Assembly (NCBI GenBank): GCA_904063045.1
Contig: CAJFCJ010000001.1
Coordinates: 1,364,001-1,428,000 of the forward strand
From: Dimorphilus gyrociliatus
Taxonomy: Eukaryota; Animalia; Annelida
DNA: 64,000 bases
Direction of reading: 5' to 3'
Notes under the pieces: model-generated
What the model was told of the DNA's origin: nothing
Databases searched by the model: none
The model's input: only the letters and a program-made list of their open reading frames with translations
Made by a program: the position numbers and the translations under genes
In this document: piece by piece, positions 49,515 through 61,899 of the stretch
How positions within the stretch are numbered: position 1 is the stretch's first letter
Layout: each line of letters starts with the position of its first letter

Positions 49515-50222
49515 GTGACACGAATCATTTTCGTATATATTTTTCCCAGAAACTGGGAAAAAACTGGGAAAAAATCATCTATCATTTTTAGTATAACTTA
49601 TTTGAAAACAATGAGGAAATTATTCAGTTTTTGTTAGTAAATTTGACCTATAACCATAAAACCACGCAAGAACCTAATCATGTAGGGCAGAAAATTAATT
49701 CTAAGAGAATGGAGCTGTAAAGTAACTTCGTGGAATATTTTATCTCCAAAGCTATTAAAGGTGGTTATGAAGACTGTCCGAAATGTCTAAAGAGCTTGAC
49801 ATTGCATTTTACGTTGGTGATGATTCAAAGGTTAGCTCTTGGTTTTCCTTAGGTTTTTGATAATTTCTGCAAAAATTATTATTCAAATACTATATTTTAA
49901 CATTTGTACAAATATTCAAATACAGTATTATTTATGTATTATTTTTATTGTTATTAGTACATTACTAAGAAAAATTTTCGTTAAGGAAAGCGTCAAAATT
50001 GAAATTAAATAAAAATCTAAATAAACAATTTAAAAAGGTTAAAGCAATACTGTTTTTCAAAATATATTAGTATTTGAATAATAGTAGAATTATTGAATAA
50101 CAGAATGGAGCAGTTAGCAGTGAAATTCTAACTGAGTTGATATTTTAATTTTCTCTTTGTTAAAAATTTAAATAATTTTATTATTTACTGTCTATATAGA
50201 CAATTTATATCTATTTATAAAA

Positions 50223-53200
50223 ATGAATAATCCTTACCTCCATAAGGATAAAGATGAAGACTTGGGAAGGAACTGTAGCAAGAAACAAATTATTATTGGT
50301 GTCTGCGCCATGGCGAAAAAAGCTAACTCTGCGGCTATGAGTGAAATAGTTGAAAGGCTAAGGCGATTTGATGAATTAGGAGTGACTGTTTTTGAAGAAG
50401 AAATTATCCTTGAATATCCTGTAGAAGATTGGCCAGTTGTTGATTGTCTTATAAGTTTTCATTCGAAAGGCTTTCCCTTAGATAAAGCCATTAGCTATGT
50501 TGAATTGAGGAAGCCCTTCGTCATAAATGACTTGTACATGCAGTATCATATTCAGGATAGAAGAGATGTTTATAATCTCTTAGCTAGAAAAGATGTCAGT
50601 CAACCGAGATATGCCATTTTAGATAGGGATGATAAAGATAATCGAGGGCCTGGTCTTGTCGAGGAAGACGATCACGTTTGGATTAATGGAGATTTTTTTA
50701 CTAAACCTTTTGTCGAGAAGCCTGTATCAGCGGAGGATCACAATGTTTATATTTACTATCCAAGTTCCGCTGGCGGTGGTAGTCAGCGATTATTCAGGAA
50801 GGTATGTTATATGGCTAGTACAGAGCCAAGCAAAAAAAATAAATACCCTTTTATTTCATAGATTGGAAGTAGAAGTAGTGTGTATTCGCCTGTTTCCAAG
50901 GTTCGCCAAACTGGTTCTTATATTTATGAGGACTTTATGCCCACCGATGGTACGGATGTAAAAGTGTATACTGTTGGGCCGGATTACGCCCATGCCGAGG
51001 CTAGAAAATCACCTGCTCTAGATGGTAAAGTTGAACGCGATAAGGATGGTAAAGAGGTTAGGTATCCAGTTTTATTATCAGCTCACGAGAAACTTATCGC
51101 CAGAAAGGTTTATATAACCATTTTAAAACTATTGAAACACATTTTTGACAAAAAAAATTGTCCAATCAGGTTGTTCAAGCTTTCAAGCAAAATATATGTG
51201 GTTTCGATTTGTTAAGAGCGAATGGAAAATCATATGTTTGTGACGTCAATGGATTTAGTTTTGTAAAGAATTCGTCCAAGTATTACGATGATTGTGCCAA
51301 AATATTGGGTAACATGATTCTCAGAGAATTGGCCCCGTCACTTTTGCAAATACCATTCTTAAATTTTCAACCAGAAGATATTCCTATTGTACCTACAACA
51401 GCTGGTAAGTAATGGCAGCATATTTTCATTCAATGTTCTTTTTTTATAATAATCTGCCATTTAGGTTCAATGATGGAGCTTCGTTGCGTTATTGCCGTCA
51501 TCAGACATGGTGATAGAACGCCAAAACAAAAGATGAAAATGGAGGTCAAACATAAAAAATTTATTGATTTATTCGAAAGATACGGTGGTCATAAGACAGG
51601 TCAACTAAAATTAAAAAAGCCGCAACAATTACAAGAAGTTTTAGACATTACAAGGTGAGGTATAATTTAGTTTGATTTTTAAATATGATCTGTTTTCCTT
51701 ATGGTTGCTATAACAAAAAGATATCTCCTCACCGAATTAAACAATCACGAAAGTGAAGTTTGCGAATCTATTGAAGAAAAAAAAAATAAACTAGAACAAT
51801 TAAAATCAGTTTTGGAAATGTACGGCCATTTTTCCGGTATAAATAGAAAGGTTCAGTTAAAATATCAACCGCATGGCTATCACAGAAATAGTAGTGAAGA
51901 TGGTAATTGAAAGAATATTTCTCTATTCAAATATCGGTAAATATACAGTATGATGTATTCGTCCGATTTATCTTTCAGATACAACTGGTGAACCTAGCCT
52001 TGTTCTTATATTAAAGTGGGGTGGAGAATTAACAGAGGCTGGCAAACAGCAAGCTGAAGAATTGGGAAGTGCTTTCAGATGTATGTATCCTGGTGGACAA
52101 GGAGATTACGGAGCGGTACCAGGATTGGGTCTCCTGAGGCTCCACTCCACTTATCGTCATGACTTGAAAATCTATGCATCAGAAGAAGGTCGAGTCCAGA
52201 TGACTGCAGCAGCATTCGCTAAAGTAAGCAAAAATAGCATGTTCCACTTTATCATTGATAAGGACATATCTTTTAATATGACATTAGGGTTTATTAGCTC
52301 TTGAAGGAGAATTGACACCCATATTAGTACAGATGGTAAAAAGTGCCAATATGAATGGTTTACTAGACAACGACAATGAATCTGCAAAGTTTCAAAAGAG
52401 GTAAGATAATTAAATCTATCAGCTCAAAGTTCAAGCCTATACAATTCTAGTGAATGGCGTGCACATGTTCGACTTGTGAAAAGTTTGTAAGTCGGATTGC
52501 TATAATTTCCTAGGAGGGCACGCTTCCCCCATTTGTTTGTCTATTAAATTTTTTATATAAGTGACTCAAATATAGCTATATATTTGGTGAATTAATAACT
52601 TTTACCTAAATTCAACCATAAATTTCAACTATCAATTTTGTTTATTTTTATACTAAGCAAAACGTTCGTCCTTGCACTACGTAAAACTAAATTGTTCTTT
52701 TGTCATTAAGCATTGAAGGTACACGCGCACAGATGCATTATCCATTTATTGTTGAAATAAGTGCTTTGAAAGATTGAGGTGTTTTTTTTTTTGAATGAAA
52801 TTATGAATTGTATTATCGTAAGGATAATACATTTGCCAAAGATTATAGTGTCAGATGATTGATTAAACACAATTATCTATTAATTGAAATAACAATAACT
52901 AAAAGTTAAAAAAAAAAACAAACCAAATTGTATATTCGCTCATCCTTCATGTAGTAATATTTCTTTTGCAGTTTAATGTACTTCCTTATTAAATGTAATT
53001 CATGGGGCAGATGTTTGTGATAAGTCGCTTTACTTTTTCTTCGATTATTCTTCCTTGTTTTTTTTTTTTATATAATGTTTCTTTTTTAATTACTTCTTTA
53101 CATTTTCTATATTTACAGAGTTAAAGATAAACTGCAGAATGTTTTGAATAAAGACAAACAATTCACTGAGGAAGATTATATTAACGTAACTTTCAAAATA

Positions 53201-55462
53201 TCATTAATTAAGCGTTTTTATTGCTTTTTTTTCTTTATTTTATAAAATTCACCATATTAAATCATTCATTTATTTAGAAGTATAATTTTGTTAATAATAA
53301 TAGTAAGAGTATTTTAATTGATTAATTTCTCAGTATGGAATAATAATTTATTAGTTAAACGTCTCATATAATTTCACTAGACATTGATGTTGCTTTTATT
53401 AATAATTTCTTATTATTGTAACAGCTTGGTGCCAAAGATAGTATCTCTCTGGCCAGCGCTTTACATTTTATTGGAAATCCTTACGAAACATGCAAGAATG
53501 TATACGAGTCAATGGTAAAAATTTTAGAACATATTAAAACTTTAGCGGCCAAAAATCAAGAGGATTCTCTTCCCAATCTGGACAGAAATAGCGATAGTGA
53601 TAGTGATAGCGATAGCGATGAAAGACATCACGATGTCTCCATAGATAAATTATATAAATCAGAATCTTGGGAATTAATGGTTCGAAGATGGTCAAAACTA
53701 GTAAAGGACTTTCGTATGAAAGATGGAAAATGGGATATATCAAAAGTTCCAGATATTTACGATTGTATTAAATACGATTTGCAACACAACTATAAGTATT
53801 TTCCAAAAGGAGGCGATGGAGATAAGCTATATTCAATGGCTAAGGCTCTAGCCGACATAGTAATACCTCAAGAGTATGGTATTAGCTGTACCGACAAACT
53901 GCAGATTGGACAATGTATCTGCACTCCTTTAATGAAGAAGATTTTAAATGATTTACAGAGAAATGTTGATGAGGATGCGACCAGGTTGGACTCGAGATAC
54001 TCTAAAGGAGTATCGACTCCTCATAGGCATGTTCGAACGAGATTATATTTTACAAGCGAATCTCATATACATTCTCTTTTAACAATATTACGATTGGGTA
54101 GTTTATGCGAAAATAATGATACTCAATGGGAAAGATCTATGAATTTTATTAGTGCCATTTCTGAATTGAATTATATGACTCAAATCATCATAATGATGTA
54201 CGAAGATATTAATAAGGAACCTCAGTCTGAAGAAAGGTAAATAACTTTAATAAATTTTGATTAATTATCATCAAATACTTGTTATAGATTTCACGTGGAA
54301 TTGCACTTTAGTCCAGGAGCATATCACAGTATTAGAAATAAACAGTATCCTTCCGGTTTTGGTTTTAAACCTTCAGAAGAATCGGAGGTATGCCATTTTT
54401 TTATTATTAATTACATACATTTTTTAAATCTATTCAATTAAATTAAATAGTATAAACTAAAACACACAAAAAATCCTATACTTATTCTACCAATTAGTCA
54501 TGCTGTAGTCCTATAAGACAGAACAGAGATTTTTTAAAAGTACCGTACTTTCTGGACAACTTTTGGGAAACAAAGGGTTCTATTCCATTAATATTTACCG
54601 AAAGAGTATGTATATCATAGGCTTAAAGGACGAGAGAAAAAAAATTACAAATAAAATAGTTAATAAAGAGAGTATAATTGTTTATCCTGTTCATTTTTAT
54701 TACAGAATCAGAAAGATGAAGTTTCTTCGTCTGTGGATAGTAACTGTCTAAATGTTCCAAAGGTTGCTAAAACTTGTCAGTTTAAACCTTCAAAGCTATT
54801 ATATTATAGAATTTTTGATCCAGTAAGACTGTCTAGATTTAACAGAAACTTTTTCTCTTCAATTTCTTATTTTTTATTTATTTCACTTCGTTTCATATCT
54901 AATTTCTTATTTTATTTAGCTTCACAGTATTTAATAGTGATTACAATGCTTTTACTTTTATTTTTAAATAGTTTAAATTGTTGTCATTTTTGATTGTTAA
55001 ATATTATAGATTCCTATGAGGGGACGAGTATCCTCCGAACCTGATGCCGTACTCTCGGCGAAACGATTAAAAAAATTATCTTTACCGAGCGCTGCTCCTG
55101 GAGGGAAATCTAAAATTCTTACAACGAAGAGTCAAAGTACGGAGAAGATGGACAAATGCGAAGATACATTATATCCTCTACCCGAATGCGACATGGTTAA
55201 ACAAGGATTAATTAGTACTAGTGTTATATCTGGTTCAGCTTCAGCTCCAGCTCTTTCGAAATTCGAAATGGGCAGTACACTTCGTCTAGCATCCGGTGAA
55301 AGCGTTGCAGTACCATCTGTTAGACCTTTAGAAACATTACATAATTCTCTAACTTTAAAAAGAATGGAGACATTTTTAACCGATATGATCGAGACACATT
55401 TCGCTGATAATTTTAACGAAAATCAGAAGTCTGCTCAGAAAACATCAATATCAAAATCGTAA
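50223..55462 (+). CDS. PPIP5K: Bifunctional inositol-pyrophosphate kinase/phosphatase (Vip1 family), multi-exon
   Basis: [55 protein letters not shown] (ATP-grasp); [41 protein letters not shown] (His-phosphatase). Confidence 0.97.
52451..52486 (+). other. Putative 36-nt in-frame cassette exon of PPIP5K
   Basis: Flanked by TTCTAG and GTAAGT, phase 2-2 and stop-free; it replaces R with [13 protein letters not shown]. Confidence 0.6.
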
Positions 55463-55750
55463 ATGCTATACGTTTACTATTGATTTTAAGAATGTCGCAT
55501 ATTTTCTTTTGTTTTTAGCTCGAAACTTCTTTAACTGTTGACCAATTACAAATATATTCGAGTATTGAATTAGAGAACTTAAAAGCTTAACTAAAAACCA
55601 ATATGAAAGAGGGAAAAGAATATTAGAAGTAATTATCATAAATATCCATTAATGTATTTACAAACGTCTTCCCTTCCATTTTAACAATCAAAATTATAAA
55701 TTGTGAAAGATAGTTTTATATATGTTTACAATACTTTTTCGATATATCAT

Positions 55751-57846
55751 TTATCTTGTTGGGTCCAATGGTTCTTCTCCGTTAGTTTCCTCTTCAATTT
55801 TCGATAATGATGGCTTCTCTGATGTTGTTGGTCGTTTATTTTCCTTTTCTAACTCTTCTTCAACTTCTTGTTTTGGCTCTTCCTCTTCTACTATAGCCTG
55901 ATTTTCTTCTGTTTCATCTAGAAAAGAAATGTTTGATATAGATTTAAAAGTCTGATTTAAGTTTCTTATTCTTACCTTCTTTCTTTTCTTCTTTAGTTAC
56001 TTCCACTTCTTCATCTTTCTCTTCTTTGTCTTCTTTCGCTTCTTCAATTTCTTCAGATTTTTCTTCAAGAATTTCGGGTGTTCGAGGTTTTGGTGTTGGA
56101 TCGAATTCTTCTCTAAGCTCCTACATTTTTGAATAATTTGTTACATTTACAATTCTAAAGCAACAAAAATAGCTTTACCTTGCAGATGTCAAGGATTTTC
56201 GTTCTCTTTAATTCGTCCATATTAAAGTCCTTAACAATGGACCATAATCCTTTAGGATCAAATATCAAAGGCAAGGTTATTACCAAATCATCTGGTAGGT
56301 TATATGCAGAATCTTTATTCCAAACGGCAACGCTATAGATCCTTCCATCAGCCGAACCCCTCCACCAGTCGCATAGGAGATCGACTAGAGCTGCTGAAAC
56401 TGACAGATCTCCTTGCCTTCCTAATTTATCATTAACTAATCGATTTCTATCAGAACATAACGTTTGATAATCAGTTTCAAGCCATTTATCATCATGGACA
56501 AGTTCGGGGACAGAACGGAAGAAATCGTTTGGTCCCCAGATGGCACCATCGTGTCGGAAAACCTTTGCTTTCGTTGTATCAATGTAGCTTAAATATAAAT
56601 AATTCAAAATATAGACTTAAAACAAGAAATCTAATTAACTACTTATTGCGAAACATACCAAGTACCGTTTAAGTTACCCCAAGTAACTACATCAGCTATA
56701 TGGGCTGTATTCACTCCTAATTTCTCTGCAAGATAGAATTTAGCTCTATTCTCTTTTACTCTTGCAACTCCGACAATTCTGTCTTTGTTCAAGTTTGGAC
56801 AATTTAAGATTAAAGTTCTTGTAGCTAGGTTTATTGGAACATTCCCAGAGACTAGAACTTTAGCATCTGCGTGAGAATTTTCGTTCAAATAACCACCTAG
56901 TTCTGTATAGTAGTCCATGATACGTTTGTTATAATCTAACTCTTCTTCCTCGTCTCCCTTTACCAAGTTGTCAGTTAGTATAATGATTTTAGCGTCCTTA
57001 AAAGCTTTTGCCCTATCGTTGAGAAAAATACTGTATCTTCTTAAATTGGTACTTGCTAAATCTTGCATTTCCATTCCAATACCATTTAATTGATCCTCTT
57101 GATCATCGCCACCTAATAATCGTATTGCGATTTCTTCCTTACCAAATATCCTAGACGAACATAAAGCACATATGATTCCGTAAGCAAGACCAGAAGTCGC
57201 ATTTGAGATGCAAATTTCCAGAGGTTGAATGGCGGCTAGCCTGGAAGCTTCGTCTAAATCGTCTTGAGTTTTTGTATTTAAATTTTCTTCCGCAATCTTT
57301 CTAGATAAGTCGCTTAAAATATGACTCTTTAAATCATAATATCCTCTGGCATACTCTTGAAATTCATTCGTACCTCCAATTAGTAAACCTTTTCCACCTC
57401 TATCCACTAATTCCCTCCAGACAATTGGTCCTTTTTTAGAGAGAGACCAATCAAATTTCATTTGAGAACATGTTGATTCAATCCAACTATTCCATTTATC
57501 TGGTGCAATAACTATTTTATGCAATTTAAAACTAGGTAATGAGTCTTGTAATTTATCAGCCAATAATTCGCATTTAGCATAGTATGGACAGTTTGCTTTT
57601 CCTGTGAAAAAAAATTTAGTTTATGATTTATAAACGTTTTTCAAGTACTATTTTGATTTTATAAAATTTTAAACGAAATTCATAAAGTTGACTGATAAAC
57701 CTTTAAAAAATCTTTTAATAATGGCATTAATTTCATTTCATTAAATCTTATACTGTTATATATTAAATCTTAACTATAAAATTACAAAATTCTCTATAAT
57801 AAGAGTATATTTTATAAATTTTACCCGCAATCACAATTTTCGCCAT
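55751..57846 (-). CDS. MDH1B: Malate dehydrogenase 1B-like (thioredoxin-like N-terminus + MDH fold + Glu-rich tail), 5 exons
   Basis: MAKIVIAG|KANCPYYAK; PIVWRELVDRGGKGLLIGG; MEMQDLA; ENRAKFYLAEKL; VVTWGN; PDDLVITLP; two acidic 3' exons ending at TAA 55751-55753. Confidence 0.94.
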
Positions 57847-57860
57847 GTTTGTTATTCTTG

Positions 57861-57874
57861 GTAGCTATGACGAC
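57861..57874. promoter_or_regulatory. RFX X-box-like site upstream of MDH1B
   Basis: GTAGCT-AT-GACGAC matches 13/14 of GTHNYY-AT-RRNAAC, 14 bp from the ATG. Confidence 0.5.
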
Positions 57875-58657
57875 TGGTACTGAAATTTATAAGGTTAGTT
57901 CTTGAGAAGGAACCCAACAAATATAGGAAAAACACTCCGCCTAAAATACAGTCTGTTTTCTATTAAAAGCTTTATTAGCTGATTAAATGAAAAGTAGATA
58001 ATTTCCGGCGTTTAACTAAAAAGTTAAACTAATTAAAAATAAACTATCTTTTTAAAGCTTGTTTTCTTATATAATATAAATGTTAATTGATAGCAAATAG
58101 TGAAAAAGTGATAAATTATTATCAGATTATTAATTTAATCCAATTTTTCATTAAAATATTACTTTATATTTCTGTTAAATACATTAATTATCTGTCGGAA
58201 TATTTAAAATTTTGGCGAATAGTTTTAAATGAATACTTTTTCTCTTTAATATTCTTTTAATTATATAGGTAAACAGAGGCGAGGAGCTTAATCATATAAT
58301 AAATCTTTGTATTGGATTTTGTGATAAATTTTCTAAAGAAGTACTCTTAACGAAGAAGAAATAGAAACTAAAATGAAAAACAAACTAATCAGGGAGCATT
58401 TAGTTTTAATTTTGTGACAAAATGCATAACAATGGCAAACATATTTACTATTTATTATAAAGTACTATCTTAAATACTATCTTAAATATGTTTAATTTAC
58501 ATATATTTATTATATTTAATAACCTTTGTGTACATTATATTTTCACATAACATATGATCCCAAAAACAGCAGACGATTGGCTCATCTCTTTCACTTTTAT
58601 GCCATGGTCAAACAATCATTCAGAGTACTGGCATAAAGCAATTCTTTTGAGATCAAT

Positions 58658-61549
58658 ATGGCTCCAGGAGAATGGGAGTTCATAGAGGAATTAGGAAGAG
58701 GAGCTTTCGGTGCGGTCTTTCTTTTTCAAGAGAGTGAAACTAAAAATGCTTTGGCCGTAAAAGTATGTGTACATTCAACTGTTCATCCGAAAATGAAAGA
58801 AAGATGGGAACATGAAATTAGAACTCTCTTAGAGCTTGATCATTCCAATGTTGTGAAAGCAGTAGAGCTTCCAGATTTAATAAAAGAAAGATTTGCGACT
58901 TCAGCTGTTCAACCCCTTTGTATGGAATACTGTGAGAAAGGGAATTTGAGGTAAAATTTTTGTCATAAGCCTCTTTTATTGAAGTTATTAATGTTGTCAT
59001 GTCTTATAGAACCTATTTAAAGAAATGTACTTTAGGATCAAAAATGAAAGAAGAAGAAGTAATTCACTTAACTCGAGATATTGGATCTGCTATTACATAT
59101 TTACATAGTAAAGGGATAGCTCATCGGGATATTAAACCAGATAATATTGTCTTAAAAGGGAAGAATACCACAAAAAATGAACCATACTTGTTCAAACTTA
59201 TTGATTTAGGATTTGCAAAAGAAGTTGGAATGAACGAAGGAGTTCATTCAAGAGTAGGAACGCCTAAATACCTCCCTCCTGAAATATCCGAAACAAAAAG
59301 AAAATGTAAATATTCGACTAGAGTTGACTACTGGAGTTATGGATGTGTTATCTTTGAAGTTATAACAGGATCTCTTCCATTTTTAAAAAGTGACATAAGA
59401 GCAAAAAGTGACAAACATATTTGCTCTCGTTCAGATCTAAACGGTTGTTCTGTTTTCGAAGAGACTATAAAATCTAGATATTTTCCCAACTATTGTTACC
59501 CGTAAGTTATTTTTCTATTTAGATCGTTTAAAACGTCAATTTATTCAATTGTTTAAAAAGGTGGGCAATTGAACACCTGGAAAATATGTTAAGATTACTC
59601 CTACGGGCAGAAGAATCTAATCGAGGAGGCAAGGCGTACGTTAATGATTCTTACGAGTGGATGGAGGAATTAGACATATTATCCAATTATATTAGAATAT
59701 ATTTACTTGATATTTGTACTATGAAAGAATTTTCCTACGGCTTTCCAGCTAACGCAAAAATGAATGATATTATTGATAAAATACAAGAGGATATTTCGGC
59801 CATTGTTGGTAGTAAATTCGAAATAATTGATGTAACCGGCTGTCTAATAACTAAAGAAAGAGACTTTTCATTCTATACTGTAAATATATTTGCAATATAA
59901 TAATAATGTTGATTTTTACTGTCTAAATAATCTTTCATTTCAGAAAGATAATAAAACATATTGCAATTGGTTTCTATCTTATGAAATACGTACAAAGTTT
60001 AGACCAAATACTCCTGAAATACCGGAACATCTTGGAAAAATCATCAAATCACCATCTGCCTATCGACCTACAGAAGTAAGTTATTTATTATTAAACAACT
60101 TAATCGTTATCAATTTTAACTCTAATTCTAATAAAGGAAATTAAACTGGCGTGGCAGCAAAGTATCTATTTTTGCAATTGTTTGCAGTTAAAATGCAATA
60201 GGATGTGTGACGGAATAGTCGTCTATATGTAAGTTATATAAATATAATATATACTTTAATACTTAGTTTAATAACTACTTTTTAGAAAAAGCCTTGAAAT
60301 GAAGAGACTGAAATTAATTGAAGGTTACAAACTATTGGATGACATAGCTCTAGAGTTCAAAGGCTTTAGAACACTTTACGAAATTAGGTTAGTTAATCAT
60401 TTTACAATATGTCTATTTGTAATTCTTTGTTTTTTTTATAGTTATAAAGCTGATTTAAAGCATTTAGAAAAGTTTGTTAAAGTCAATGAAAGAAGACGTT
60501 TAGGTTTTAATCTAATATATTCTGAATTAATTAATTAATACATAATTAATTATTTATTTTATAGAATTTCTTAAAGCTCAAGAAAAATGGTCTGATGGGT
60601 TTAAATATAATTTTGATATTATTGACAAATGTATCAAGGTAATAATATTATTAATTCAGTTGTAACAGATAATTATTTTTATGTCTATTTTTAGAAACTT
60701 GAAATATTTCGCAAGGAAAAGAATGTAAAGTTAAATAAAATGAAAGAGAAAATTAACGAATTAGCTATCCGATATACGTCAATACCAAAGAAGACAAAAT
60801 AGTAAGAGATATTAGTTATATAATGTACATTTTATAGTGTAATTGTTAAATTTTTATTATCCTTTTATCTTATAGCTTTTACGCGGAGGAAGTATCGAAA
60901 AAATTCCAAGAATTGAAAGTTATGGATTTTACAACTAATGCCAAGAATTTAGTTGATATTTTCGAAAAACCTAAAGAAAATTTCAATGCTTTATTAAAAG
61001 CTTTTAGAAATTTTGCCATCTCGTTAGTGATTGTTTACTTTATATTAATATATATTTCAATTCTTATTATTCTATAAAATTTTCTCTACTAATTATAGCA
61101 AAGATAAAAACGATATCTCAAAAGAACTCTCATCAAATCAAAAGTTATTACAAAATGAATATAATCATATTCAACAAGTTATGGAACTAATGCGTCAAGA
61201 GCAAGAAAATAGACAATTCAACATCTGGCAACTTATGGAATCTTCTGTATAACATTTTATAATTTTTATTTTACTTTCTTTTCTCTTAATTCGACTTTTT
61301 GTCTTTTTTTTATAGGATAATCCATTACCATTAATGTATCCTGATTTAGATGATGAAGAAAGGAGTTTACAACATTTTGAGGAAAGTCTAAAACGCAGCG
61401 AAATAGAGTAAGAATTATAATAATAATTTTTCGTCTGTAAATTTAAAACGTTTCGATTTATCTGCAACAACAGACTCGAGTCATTAGGAAAATCATTAAA
61501 TTATGAATCATTGAAGCCTACGACAGACTGGAGTTTCTTGAATGAGTAA
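58658..61549 (+). CDS. IkappaB kinase of the IKK-alpha/beta type (kinase + ULD + helical domain + NEMO-binding motif), multi-exon
   Basis: LGRGAFG, AVKVC, KERWEHEI, MEYCEKGNLR, HRDIKPDNIVL, IDLGFAKE, VDYWSYG; ubiquitin-like segment; last exon ends TTDWSFLNE* (the vertebrate NBD is LDWSWL). Confidence 0.88.
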
Positions 61550-61782
61550 TATTACTGCTTCAATTGATTATATTAATTTATTTTTAAACTTTACTTGATT
61601 TTAATATTCAATTTTATGACAATATAGAATATTTTATATAAAACAATTTTTCTTCAATTTGTAAAATATTATTTGAATGTTTATATTTTGTACATAAAAG
61701 TATAGGTAATAAATCAATACTTTCAAAGTATATTAACAATATGCATCTGAAACGAAACTTTACAATCAGTTAACGAAAATAC

Positions 61783-61825
61783 ATCGGCCAAGTTATATCT
61801 TATGATTTTCATAACGTAGCTTCAT
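61783..61825 (-). promoter_or_regulatory. SECIS element (form 2) in the SELENOK 3'UTR
   Basis: Minus strand AUGAA-GCUACGUUAU-GAAA-AUC(AUAA)GAU-AUAACUUGGC-CGAU: UGA/GA quartet, 10-position helix II with one mismatch, unpaired AAA and an apical minihelix. The core begins 83 nt after the UGA. Confidence 0.93.
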
Positions 61826-61899
61826 AGGGAACAACATAAATTGTTGTTCTATTTTCATTAAATGATTAGGCAATTGCCTTCCTTTTTTCGGGAAGGCGT

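Noticed and set aside
53592-53620. GATAGT/GATAGC tandem repeat
   Set aside because: It simply encodes an SDSDSDSD low-complexity insert within a PPIP5K exon.
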